Below, in pieces: positions 1 through 12,623 of a DNA stretch of 64,000 nucleotides. Made by a program: the position numbers and the translations under genes. The stretch lies in NCBI RefSeq assembly GCF_006345805.1, contig NC_042997.1, positions 161,324,001 through 161,388,000 on the forward strand, read 5' to 3'. The stretch is from Octopus sinensis. Its lineage: Eukaryota. Each line of letters starts with the position of its first letter. Within the stretch, counting starts at the first letter, position 1. The notes under the pieces are model-generated. The model was not told the origin of the DNA. It did not search any database and worked only from the letters and a program-made list of their open reading frames with translations.

Positions 1-288
1 AACGCACACGCAACACACTAATAAACATTAACCACACATATACACACATACACACACAAACGGGCACACATATACACACACCAGCCTACCCCCAAAAATT
101 CTTTAAATAACACACATCTATTTACACCACCCTGGAACCAATCAAAAACAGCCCCCCCCACACACACACACAAACACATGTATACATATATATGCACACA
201 CACAAGGAGACACACACACTCACACCAATCTCACCTCCATACAGACACACATATACACATGCAGCACCATGCCAAATGCCATCCACAC

Positions 289-319
<31 letters not shown>

Positions 320-480
320 TACAACACCAAGACAACCACACACGCGGTTGACAAACGCACACACCATCCTACCAGATCTTACAGACACTCAGACACATCT
401 ATTCACACCACATATGTATGTATGCACGCACACACACACACACACAAAGACACATACACTCACCCCATTCTGACCCCAAA
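1..480. repeat. Compound (CA)/(CATA)-rich microsatellite
   Basis: Imperfect CA/CATA array; overlapping ORFs are His/Thr or Val/Cys/Met low-complexity artefacts. Confidence 0.9.
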
Positions 481-587
481 ATCATTGATGCTTGAAGGAG
501 AGACAAAAAAAGAAAAAGGGTAAATTCTTTTCAGTTCCACATTTCTCCTCCTAAAACGGACAGGTCAGTTTTAGCTTCACCACTATT

Positions 588-1012
588 ATAATGTAAATCT
601 TTTTGAACTCATAATATTCTGTACGTGTATACTGAACTTTTTTAATAATTCCTCCTGGAAATTATCTTGAGATGTATAATATATTTGTTGTAATCTTTTG
701 TGCCCATTATTTCAATGAGCTTGTTAAACTTTTTTATATTCTCAACATACTCTTGTCACCAAAGAATGTATATTTATATGGATTATAGTACTCTGTATCA
801 ACCAATATTCTGTGCATGTTTGAATATACAGATACAATACTAATATCAATTCCTTCTGGAAACTATCTTAAGCATGTCCTTGAGAACGATTATTTATGTA
901 GTAATCTTTTGTGCCCAATATTTTAAGGAACTTGTTGAACTTTTTTATGTCCTTAACATGTCCCTGTTACCAAAGACTATATATGTAATGTAGCAATTTG
1001 CAACAACCAATA
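588..1012. repeat. Diverged ~200-bp tandem repeat, 2 to 2.5 units
   Basis: 'aattcctcctggaaattatcttgag' (~648) recurs as 'aattccttctggaaactatcttaag' (~848); 'gtaatcttttgtgccca' and 'accaaaga' recur at the same ~200-nt offset. Confidence 0.7.
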
Positions 1013-1142
1013 ATTAACGCAACCAAACTTCTACATGTTACTTTTGACAATCTTTTTCCAAAGAGTGAAACCGGTAAAGTAAATAAACATCTTTTAAATT
1101 GCATTTTCAAACCTTCTTTCGTAAATATATATATATATATAT

Positions 1143-2657
1143 TGAACTCATCTCCCTATACCTCGACCGCATCCTGTCCCCCTTAGTCGCAGCCCTCCCA
1201 TCCCACATACACGACACCAACCACGCCCTCCGTCTCTTCAATTCCTTTTCCTTCCCTTCCAGCCCCTCACACCTCCTCTTCACTTTAGATGTAAAATCCC
1301 TGTACACAGTGATTCCCCACAATGACGGTCCTCCTAGCCCTCCAACACTTCCTCGACCCGTCGTCCCGACCCCACCCCCAGCCCCACACCCCCACCCTCT
1401 CCGTTTGGCTGAGCTCGTCCTCACCCTCAATTGCTTCACGTTCGCCGGGGAAACGTACCAACAAAAAGTCCGGGGTCGCGATGGGAACTAGGATGGGCCC
1501 CAATTTCGCCAATCTCTTTCTTGGCTACATTGAGGCCCAAGTGTTCTCCCCCGTTCTCTGGGCCGACCCCCCAACTATACGGTCGCTATATCGACGACTG
1601 CGTAGGTGCCACCTCCCTTTACCGTGAACTTCTCTGCCAATTCATCTCTTTCCTTTCCAACTTTCACCCCTCTTCAATTCACCTCCACCATCTCCAACAC
1701 CTCTGTCAACTTGCTTGACATCTCTCTCCGCATCGATCACCCCTCCAACTCTCTCACCACCACCGCCTTCTTTAAACCTACGGATTCCCACCTCTATCTC
1801 AACTTCTCTTCCTCCCACCCCTTCCACACCAAACGAGCCATCCCCTACTCCCAGTTCCTCCGCCTCCGACGTTTGTGCAGCCGCGACCAGGATTTCGAGA
1901 CCCAATCTCAATACCTGGCCCGCATGTTCAGACTCCGAGGTTACCCACCCATACTCCTCTCTGATGCCCTCACCCCCGCGCCCGTCGCATCGACCGCACT
2001 ACCGCCCTGTCTCCTTCCCCCCGCCCACCCCCCAACCGCACCCCCTTCCCCCTCCTTTTCCACCCCCCTCTACCCTACCCCTTCGTCGCAATATACTACG
2101 TGCCTTCCGTCGCCTCCAGCTTGATCCCACCACCCGCCCCATTTTCCCTAACCCACCCCTGTCCTCTTTCAAACGAGCCCGCAATCTGCGTGACCTCCTG
2201 GTCCACAGCACCCTCTCTCTCTCCTTCCCCCTCAGCCCCACACGGATCATTCCCTTGCTCTAGATCCCGCTGCAACACTTGCCCCTTCATCACCAACACC
2301 ACCGCTGTCACCGGCTCCAACCAGCATACTGTACGCATTAGGCACTCTTTTACGTGCACCTCGTCTGGCCTTATTTACTGCATTAAATGCAACCTATGCG
2401 GGATGCTGTATGTAGGACAGACGGGACGCCGGTTGTCCGACCGTTTCACTGAACACTTGAGGGACGTTCGCCTACACTCTTTTTCTCCCGTCGCACGCCA
2501 CTTCCGCTCGGCCGGCCATTCCCTAGATGACATCTCAGTGTTTTGTCTCGCCCCCCACAATGGTCGCCCACTTTCCAGGCTCCACTTGGAGCAACGCTAC
2601 ATCTTCACCCCACAAACTACCACCCCACACGGACTTAACACAGACCCCTCCTCTTGA
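1143..2657 (+). mobile_element. Penelope-like retroelement (Neptune-type) RT + GIY-YIG ORF, 5'-truncated and frameshifted
   Basis: Collinear motifs across shifted frames: LFTLDVKSLYTVIP (RT A), GVAMGTRMGPNFANLF (B), YGRYIDD (C), KPTDSHLYLNFSSSHPFHTKRAIPYSQFLRLRRLCS (thumb), FKRARNLRDLLVHS, linker CSRSRCNTC, endonuclease LIYCIKCNLCGMLYVGQTGRRLSDRFTEH...HF...H...EQRYI...GLN. Confidence 0.95.
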
Positions 2658-2689
2658 GATCCCCTTTTTTTTTTCCCCGGATACACCAC

Positions 2690-4609
2690 ACCCACCCACC
2701 TACCTCCCACACGCCTGTTCACACACACACATACGTAGACCCATCTACGTACATACATTCACACATTTAATCACACACACTTATAGACATACATGCACAC
2801 ACTAACATACAAACCAACATGTACATACACACACACATACCTACATACACACACACATACATACTTACACACACACACACACAGACATACATACATACAT
2901 ACACACATACATACGCACATACATACACACACACTCACACACACACACCGCACGTACATACTTCACACACACACACATGCACACATACATGTAGGCACAC
3001 ACATACATACATACCCACACATGCACACCCTTACACTGAATGCACACACACATACACCTTTTTGCATCCAGGCAGCCCCCCCTCTTTTCTGCTTTCCGGT
3101 TTTGGCTGATGGATCCTCGGTTCCCGCGTAGCGGGGCGTTCGAGGGCCTTTGCGCTCGCGCGCCTTGGCGCGCGCTGGGGGCTTGGTCGGCCCCTTGGGC
3201 TTGCGTTGTACTGCTTGCGCGTTGTGTGCGTGAGCGCGCTTCGTGTGTGTGGGCTTGCTTCGGATGTGCGCGTGCGTATGTATGCATACATACCCACACA
3301 CTCGCATGCATCCCTACCCACATACATACACGCACACCTACTCACACACACACATACACACACACACACACACATACCCGCACACACACACCAAACATAC
3401 ATACACACACATACCTACTCAGACATACACACACACAGACATACACCCATACACTCACACTCACTCACACGCCATACACACACACACATACACACGCACA
3501 CGTACACATACACACACACACACACCTACATACATACATTACACTTGTACACCACACACTTACATTCATACACACACACACCTACACAGCCATACCCTCA
3601 CTCAGACACACACACCTACCTACACACACACACAAACACACACAGACACACACCCATACATACATACATCTACACACACACGCCTACACACATACATACA
3701 CACACACATAAACACACACACATACACATACACACACATACGCACACACACATATACTTATACACATGCACACACACACACATACATACATACACCCATA
3801 CACATACACACACACATACCTACATACTCCTATACGCACATACATACACACAGACATACACACATACACACTCACACAAACATACACACACACATACTTA
3901 CACACACACTCATGCATGACAAACACCCATACACTCACACTCACATACGCACACACCAACATAAACACGCACACGCACCTACACTCCCACACACATACAC
4001 ACGCACCTACATACACACACGCACGCATACACACGCACACACACGCATACACACATACATTACACACGTACACACACACCTACATACACATGCATACACA
4101 CACACACACAACATGCACGGACACACCCAGACATACATACATACACCTATATACACACGCCCCACACCTACATACACACACATATACACACGCCCACACA
4201 CTACATACCACACATACATACACACACATACACGGACACACCCATACATACTTACATACATACACCTATACACACACGCCTACACACTACATACACACAC
4301 ATGCATACACACCACACATGTACGCACATACACAACACATACGCACATACATATATACCCACACACATGCACACACACACACATACGCACATGCATGCAT
4401 GCATGCACACGCGCACACCTACACGCATACACACACACACACGCACGTACACATACATACATACACACAACACATACATACACCTACACATACATGCATC
4501 CTACACACACATACATACACACTCACACATACATACACACACACACACTCACTCACACACATGCACATACACACACTTCCACACACCCACACGTACATAC
4601 ATACACACT

Positions 4610-4649
<40 letters not shown>

Positions 4650-5350
4650 CATACATCTATGCACACACATATATACACACATACTCACATACATTTCATC
4701 GGACACACTGACACCCAGACATACACACAGACACACTCACACATCCACACACTCACACATCCACACACATACACACTTACGCGCATACTCGCAGGCGCGC
4801 GCACACACGCGCTTGCGCCGGTTCGCGCACGCATACGCGCCGCAAGCACCTCGCTCTTGGACCCGACGAGACCTCCCGCCCGTTCCTGGGACCGTCGCTT
4901 GTCGTTGGGTTTTCCCACGCCCGTCTCCGCGGGACCACTCTTCCATCTTCCCCTCAGCTGGAGTCCTTTTTCCTTAACCCCCCCCCCTTTTTTGTTACAC
5001 ACACGCGCACACATATACACACATTGCTTAAATATATACATTACTCTTACACACATTCAATCTACTCGCCATTAATACTACCACGACACTGGACACACAC
5101 ACACACTACTACTCAACACACGCTGGCACGCTACATACGCCCCCACCCCTTCCCCTCCCTCCCTTCCTCCTTCCTTCTTTTTCTTACTACTGACCAGTGT
5201 CTGCTATGCCTACCACAGTCTCGCCCTACCTCACACGCCTACACACAGACGCACACACTAACACATACATATATTTTTTGTTTTTTTATCTCGCCTCACA
5301 CACACACATACACACACGCACACGCACACACTTACACATACACACACATC
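2690..5350. repeat. ~2.7-kb compound CA/CATA/CACG low-complexity array with two GC-rich interruptions
   Basis: Direct reading; interruptions at about 3055-3280 and 4780-4990. Confidence 0.9.
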
Positions 5351-5648
5351 TGTTGCGTTACCAACCTTGTCTCCACTCTTTTGCCTTTAAAAACCTACTT
5401 TGCTCTTGTTATCGTAAACTTCCGCCTTTCACCATGTGTAACTCGTAAACACCAGTCGTTTTTTTTTCTCTATCCCTGTTGCCCGCTTTGGGATCTTTCT
5501 TTCCTCTCTCTTCCTTCTTTATGTTTCCGACGAAGAGCTCCGCTCGAAACGTCATACCCTCCTGCTTCCATTTCCTGAGCGCCTATTAATAATAATACTG
5601 TAATTGTTCCATTGTTGTTGTTTTTTGTTTTCCCGTTTGGATTAAAAT
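5350..5648 (+). mobile_element. Penelope-like pseudo-LTR/3' terminal segment carrying a hammerhead motif
   Basis: Pyrimidine-rich unique segment containing a hammerhead-like core, ending directly at a (TA)n array; same strand as the upstream Penelope ORF. Confidence 0.65.
5523..5557 (+). ncRNA. Minimal type I hammerhead ribozyme-like motif (U4C variant)
   Basis: GTTT-CCGACGA-A-GAGC(tcc)GCTC-GAAAC-GTC-ATAC: stem II perfect, GUC cleavage triplet, stem I 3 of 4 bp. Confidence 0.6.
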
Positions 5649-5665
5649 TATATATATATATATAT

Positions 5666-5716
<51 letters not shown>

Positions 5717-6560
5717 CATATATACATATATATTTAAACAAGTTTAACTTTTTCAAATAAGGACTAAATAATTTTATATACTTGTGTGTATGGAAAAGTA
5801 TAAAAATACGTTTTCACATAATAAATGCTTCCATATTATAGTTTAGCTAAAAATATGTAATCATAGGGTAAGACTGACATATATAACACAAGTAAAAAAG
5901 CGGGAAGGGAAAAAAGAATCACATATTTCTTCGAGTCTTTTATATAAAAATAGCTTTTAGTGTATACAGTATTTTTGTGTGTTGCGGCTGAGAGGTTTTA
6001 TAATACGAGAAAAGAAAACATTGTGTGTGTGTGTGTGTGAATAAATAGATGTATAGATAGATGGATATATATAGATGGAAAAAAGTGAGCTTCAAACAAT
6101 CCGTAGAAAATATAAAAAGCAACTTCCAGGAACAATAATGCTTTATTGGTGCGAAAGGTAGTAGCGTTTTTCCAAATCGAAGTACGATAAGCTGAAAGAA
6201 AATTTATAAAGTTCATGGTTGGCAATCAAGATTGCCGGGTTTGCGAATAAAAATCCCAAAGTTAAGGAATGAAACAGATAAAATCCTGGCTACATATGTT
6301 TCATAGCGAGTGGAACCTCGGAAGTAGTAATTATCCAAGCGAAGTGTATACCGCAGGCTACACTTCAGCCCAAGGGTATCTTAAAATTTACTTTGTCGTT
6401 AGGAGGCCCATGTTAACACACGGAGGATTCGATCAGAAAGCACAGCTTGACTGGAAAATATAACTGTGAAGTGAAATTAGGTATATAAGAAAAAAAAAAG
6501 AAAATATACTAGGGAGTGGAAAATTTCACAAATAAAAAAATTTAAACGGGGTCATTTATA

Positions 6561-6617
<57 letters not shown>

Positions 6618-7044
6618 TAATTTTCTCCTAAAGCCTCTACAGAAGCCCTGTAAGTGAACTTTGGTAAACTGAAATTGTGTGAAACAGTCTGTAAAACTAG
6701 TTTTGTATTTGGGTTGAGTGTCGGTTTAAGTCACCTGATCTAACACATTTCTTTCTGGTTCCTGAGTGCCTTTGGTGAACATCTATCCAGTGCCAGTTTC
6801 CCCGGCAGGTCGCCAGTCTGAAAGAACTTTCTATATTCATTCCACCAGTCTCAGAGTTTCTGAAAAAATGTCATGAGTGTCACGATTTATCCAGCCAAAT
6901 CATAAAAATATAAAATGTAACTAGCTGACTAAGAAATTCATAAATGAAATAGGCAAGTTGAATAATATTTATACTTAATATAAATTATTGCAGGTGAAAG
7001 TCTTCAATTGATATATTGATTTTAGTATAGTAAAATTTATTTCA

Positions 7045-7445
7045 GGCGCAGGAGTGGCTGTGTGGTAAGTAGTTTGCTTGCCAACCACATGGTTCCGGGT
7101 TCAGTCCTACTGCGTAGCACCTTAGGCAAGTGTCTTCTACTATAGCCTCGGGCCGACTAAAGCCTTGTGAGTGGATTTGGTAGACGGAAACTGAAAGAAG
7201 CCCGTCGTATGTGTGTGCGTGTATGTGTGTTTGTGTATCTGTGATTGTCCCCTCAACATCGCTTGACAACCGATGCAGGTATGTTTACATCCTCGTCACT
7301 TAGCGGTTCGGCAAGAGACCGATAGAATAAGTACTAGGCTTACAAAGAATAAGTCCTGGGGTCGATTTTCTCGACTAAATGCGGTGCTCCAGCGTGGCCG
7401 CAGTCAAATGACTGAAACAAATAAAAGAATAAAAGAAAAGAATAA
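7045..7445 (+). mobile_element. tRNA-derived SINE family A, full length
   Basis: tRNA-like head (GGCTGTGTGGTAAG...GGTTCAGTCC), internal TG microsatellite, (AAAAGAAT)-type tail; homologous copies at ~15 kb and ~55 kb. Confidence 0.85.
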
Positions 7446-7815
7446 AGGAAATGTTGTGTCGAAATCTATCACCATTAATTAAGATCTAACGTAGAAGGTA
7501 TTGATATGACACGTCACTCACTGAAAGCTGCGAGCAGCAGATATAATGAATATGGACAATCTGATATATAAAAGTATGGTTTAGTACGTATTGTAAATGA
7601 ATTCAATGCAGTATTTTTAAAAAAAGCATTTGAAAGCTTCAAAACAAGTCATAATCGTTAACAGCAGATATTTTAAAGTGTGAAGGAAGTTATCTTCAAA
7701 ATAGTGGAATACTCGATTGATTTTAATAACTGAAGTATTTTATGTGACCCTAACAAAATATACTTATTAAATCAAATAGAAGAGATAACTAAATGTCGTT
7801 TGTACTTCATTTCAG

Positions 7816-8342
7816 GATCTTCTCCAAAACTGAGAGACTATGGTCGGAAACTATGTGCTGAAGAATGGGCAAGGTTTACTGGCCGTTATGACTGCGCTGA
7901 AGCTATAGCTAAATTTACAAAAGCTAAACGGTTTGTCCTGAGAACCCGATTTCAAAATTCTCGGAACAAAAGCTGTAGTGAACCCGACCTATCTTGTCAA
8001 GCTACACCAGAAACCAATGATGGTCACAGTAAAAATGTAGACAGCAACTCCGAACACCGAACTAGACAAAGTTGGTTCCGCAAGAAGTTTAAGAAGCTAT
8101 TACATATTCAGCATGATATGTTTTCTCGCCATATTGGTTCAGAAATGGAATTAGGTGGGAGTCCCTTTCAGATGATCGCCAGATGCGTGTCAACACCTCT
8201 AATTCCTGGTGCCATCTCGCCGTCCGACTCACCACCTTCTATGCGTAAAAATAATGGTTCCGAAGGCATCAAGATTCCTCGAGTGGAAGTAACAACTGCA
8301 GATACAAACGTTTCAAAACAGATAGCTGAAGATCCTTCCTAA
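7816..8342 (+). CDS. ANKRD33B: Terminal coding exon of an ankyrin-repeat protein, ANKRD33B-like
   Basis: Acceptor 'tacttcatttcag' ending at 7815; reads (G)SSPKLRDYGRKLCAEEWARFTGRYDCAEAIAKF, the last ankyrin repeat as I recognise it in invertebrate ANKRD33B-like proteins, then ...SCSEPDL; stop TAA 8340-8342. Upstream exons not found in the window. Confidence 0.72.
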
Positions 8343-9302
8343 ATTTTGAAACCAAGATAAAAAAAATATTCAAGGGATCAAAGATAATGTCTATCTCAAA
8401 ATATTTCCGAAAAATGCCAAATCAATCCTTATTAAAATATATATATATATATCTAAATGCACAGAGGTGTATATGATTATTTGGTTTATAAATGTTAACA
8501 CAATCACACATGAATGAAAAGTGTTTCTTTTTCGTTTTTTGACGAATTATTATTCAAATCATTGTAATATGGTTCCAAAATGGTTCTCGAATATTAGAGA
8601 AAAATGATATTTTCATAATATTTCCATCTTTAATTCTATGTCTGTTGCTGGTAACAATAGATTCTGTTCACCCTCGTTCACTACAAATTGCCTTAAAAGA
8701 GAATTGATATTCACTAAATGGTAATTATTGTCTTGTTTGGAACATGTCAGTAAATTTGTCAAATTAAACATCTAAAGTTCAGAAGGTTTTTAAAGCTGGC
8801 ATATTTTTCTTAAAATAATTACGATTATCTTCCAAAACAGATCTTCACTTTCACATATCTAGATTTCTAACACTAAATAAAATAAGTAGCTCGTTTTTTT
8901 TTGGTTTTTTTTTATTCTCATTAGTCACAAAATCTTAATAAATTTTGATTTCCTAATAAGTGTTGATACTTTTCTTTCCACTGAGTCTATTCAGCGATCC
9001 TCTAATGTTTCTAATACAAATATTTTACTTTGATAATGCATTTGAGAAAGATGCAGATGTTAATAGCCTTCATTTTCTTCCACATAAATCCTGTTTTTAT
9101 AGCTACCAAAGAATGCAGCAAAAGACCATTTCATTAAATCCATTCTAAATACTAGTGGTCACATAGCAGCATTGTATGAAACAGACAAATATAAGGAAAA
9201 ATTGATGAATCAAATTTTCTGTTTTTTTTACCAAAATTTACTTTACCATTTCGAGAAATTACTCCATGATTTACACTACAATTTTCATTAATACTGTTGT
9301 TG

Positions 9303-9369
<67 letters not shown>

Positions 9370-9388
9370 TATTCATATCGTTATTAAT

Positions 9389-9600
9389 GCGGCGAGCTGG
9401 CAGAATCGTTAGCACGCTTAGCGGACGAAATGCTTAGTGGTATTTCTTACGTTCTGAGTTCAAATTCCGCCGTGGTCGACTTTGCTTTCCATCCTTTCAG
9501 GGTCGATAAATTAAGTATCAGTGAAACACTACAGTCGATGTAATCGACTAGTCCGCTCCCCTGAAATTTCAGAACTTGTGCCTAAAGTAGAAAGGATTAC
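9389..9600 (+). mobile_element. tRNA-derived SINE family B
   Basis: GCGGCGAGCTGGCAGAATCGTTAG head, GAGTTCAAATTCC B-box-like motif, CCTTTCAGGGTCGATAAATTAAGTA central domain, (TAT)n tail. Confidence 0.85.
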
Positions 9601-9651
<51 letters not shown>

Positions 9652-10055
9652 GTGAAAATTCACAGCTTATTTTGCTGGATATGATGGAAATTGTCAGCTA
9701 TCCACAGCCAGCAGACTTAGTTAACACTTGTTTACTGGTCATGCTTCAAGAACCTTGCTAAGAATTATTGCAGTTCCAAGCAATGCTGATTTTTTTAGGT
9801 GTTCTCCCTTCACACTTGCACCAATCTTTTTCAGCCATGCTGGTAGTTGAGTGCTGATACTTCCAAGCACGCCAGTTACTATTAGTATCACGTCTACTCT
9901 CTTCATTGACCACAACCTTCGTATTTCCCACTTCAAATCATCATAATTGTATACTTTTTCTTCGTCTTTCACATTGGTCCTGTTGTAACCGGGGCATGCT
10001 ATATCGATTAACATACAATGTCCGGTTTCCGATGTCTGGTCAGATGATCGCACTG
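9652..10055 (-). mobile_element. R4/Dong-like LINE 3' end (restriction-like endonuclease remnant)
   Basis: CMLIDIACP...EEKVYNYDDLKWEIRRLW...VILIVTGVLG...KSALLGTAIILSKVL*, then a short 3' UTR and a (TAA)n tail at 9603-9651. Confidence 0.85.
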
Positions 10056-10069
10056 GGCTTATAGATTTA

Positions 10070-10400
10070 ATATTTTCCTATCCTTCCTTAATACCAGTTC
10101 CCATATGTTATGCATATCTGCACTAGGCCTGCCTCTTTTAGTTTCCGTATTTTCTAGTGTTCTCTGTCTCAGAGGTGGTCTCCGTTTTCCATACAGGATC
10201 AGCTATACCCTATTTATCAATATCTCCTCGTGCCACACCTTTGCGATGTTCCTCTACCCTTATTTTAAGGGGGCGGCACGTTTCGCCTTTGTATAACCTA
10301 CCACAGCTACATGGGATGGAGTACACAAGTCTTTGGTCACATTCCCTTCTGTTGGTGATTTTACTCGAAGCAGATATTTGCGAAGTGTTGTATTACTCTT
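10070..10400 (-). mobile_element. Penelope/Poseidon-type GIY-YIG endonuclease remnant
   Basis: After one frameshift: KSNTTLRKYLLRVK...VYSIPCSCGRLYKGETCRPLKIRVEEHRK...GIAD.VW...DREH*KIRKLKEA; in-frame stops present. Confidence 0.85.
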
Positions 10401-10409
10401 GATTATTAC

Positions 10410-10514
<105 letters not shown>

Positions 10515-10520
10515 TATTAT

Positions 10521-11513
10521 AAAGGAGGTGAGCTGGCAGAATCATTAGCACGCTGGACAAAATGCTTTACGGCATTTCGCCCGGCACTACGTTCTGAGTT
10601 CAAATTCCGCCAAGGCCGACTTTGCTTTCATCCTTTCGGGGTCGATAAATTGAGTTGATTTTTTACTTCCCAGAAGGGAACAACACAGAAAAGGATATAC
10701 AGAAAAGGTCGATAAATTAAGTATCAATGAAACACTAGGACCAATGTAATCGACTAGTCCCCTCCCCAAAATTTCAGGCCTTGGGCCTATTGTAGAAAGG
10801 ATTAATATTATTATCATTATTATTATCAGTATGATAAAGACGGTTAGCTGGCAGAAACGTTAGCACGCCGGGCGAAATGCGTAGCCGTATTTCGTCTGCC
10901 GTTACGTTCTGAGTTCAAATTCCGCCGAGGTCCACTTTGCCTTTCATCCTTTCGGAGTCGATAAATTAAGTACCAGTTACGCATTGGGGTCGATGTAATC
11001 GACTTAATCCGTTTGTCTGTCCTTGTTTGTCCCCTCTGTGTTTAGCCCCTTGTGGGTAGTAAAGAAATAGGTATTTCGTCTGCCGCTACGTTCTGAGTTC
11101 AAATTCCACCGAGGTCGGCTTTGCCTTTCATCCTTTCGGGGTCGATAAATTAAGTACCAGTTACGCATTGGGGGTCGATATAATCGACTTAATCCGTTTG
11201 TCTGTTCTTGTTTGTCTTCTCTATGTTTAGCCCCTTGTGGGTAGTAAAGAAATAGGTATTTCGCCCGTCTCACCGATCTGAGTTCAAATTCCGCCGAGGT
11301 TGACTCTTCTTTCCATCATTTCAGGGTCGATAAAATAAGTACCAGTTGAACACTGGGGTAGATGTTATTGACTCATCCCCTCCCCCAAATGGCTGCCCCT
11401 GTGGAACAATTTGAAGCTATCATTATTATTATTACTATTACTATTACTATTATTATTATAATTATTATTATCATTATTATTATTATTATTATTATTATTT
11501 TATTATTATTATT

Positions 11514-11566
<53 letters not shown>

Positions 11567-12562
11567 TATTATAAAGGAGGTGAGCTGGCAGAATCATTAG
11601 CACGCTGGACAAAATGCTTTACGGCATTTCGCCCGGCACTACGTTCTGAGTTCAAATTCCGCCAAGGCCGACTTTGCTTTCATCCTTTCGGGGTCGATAA
11701 ATTGAGTTGATTTTTTACTTCCCAGAAGGGAACAACACAGAAAAGGATATACAGAAAAGGGTCGATAAATTAAGTATCAATGAAACACTAGGACCAATGT
11801 AATCGACTAGTCCCCTCCCCAAAATTTCAGGCCTTGGGCCTATTGTAGAAAGGATTAATATTATTATCATTATTATTATCAGTATGATAAAGACGGTTAG
11901 CTGGCAGAAACGTTAGCACGCCGGGCGAAATGCGTAGCCGTATTTCGTCTGCCGTTACGTTCTGAGTTCAAATTCCGCCGAGGTCCACTTTGCCTTTCAT
12001 CCTTTCGGAGTCGATAAATTAAGTACCAGTTACGCATTGGGGTCGATGTAATCGACTTAATCCGTTGTCTGTCCTTGTTTGTCCCCTCTGTGTTTAGCCC
12101 CTTGTGGGTAGTAAAGAAATAGGTATTTCGTCTGCCGCTACGTTCTGAGTTCAAATTCCACCGAGGTCGGCTTTGCCTTTCATCCTTTCGGGGTCGATAA
12201 ATTAAGTACCAGTTACGCATTGGGGGTCGATATAATCGACTTAATCCGTTTGTCTGTTCTTGTTTGTCTTCTCTATGTTTAGCCCCTTGTGGGTAGTAAA
12301 GAAATAGGTATTTCGCCCGTCTCACCGATCTGAGTTCAAATTCCGCCGAGGTTGACTCTTCTTTCCATCATTTCAGGGTCGATAAAATAGTACCAGTTGA
12401 ACACTGGGGTAGATGTTATTGACTCATCCCCTCCCCCAAATGGCTGCCCCTGTGGAACAATTTGAAGCTATCATTATTATTATTACTATTACTATTACTA
12501 TTATTATTATAATTATTATTATCATTATTATTATTATTATTATTATTATATTATTATTATTA

Positions 12563-12603
<41 letters not shown>

Positions 12604-12623
12604 TATTATTACTATTGATTGGG
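10521..12623 (+). repeat. Tandem duplication of a ~1.05-kb block of stacked family-B SINEs
   Basis: 10521-11572 repeats at 11573-12623; outside the microsatellites I find only three 1-nt indels. Confidence 0.95.

Noticed and set aside
2771-5075. Long His/Thr-rich and Val/Cys/Met-rich ORFs, up to 610 aa
   Set aside because: Direct translations of CA/CATA microsatellite, open in several frames on both strands, with no domain content.
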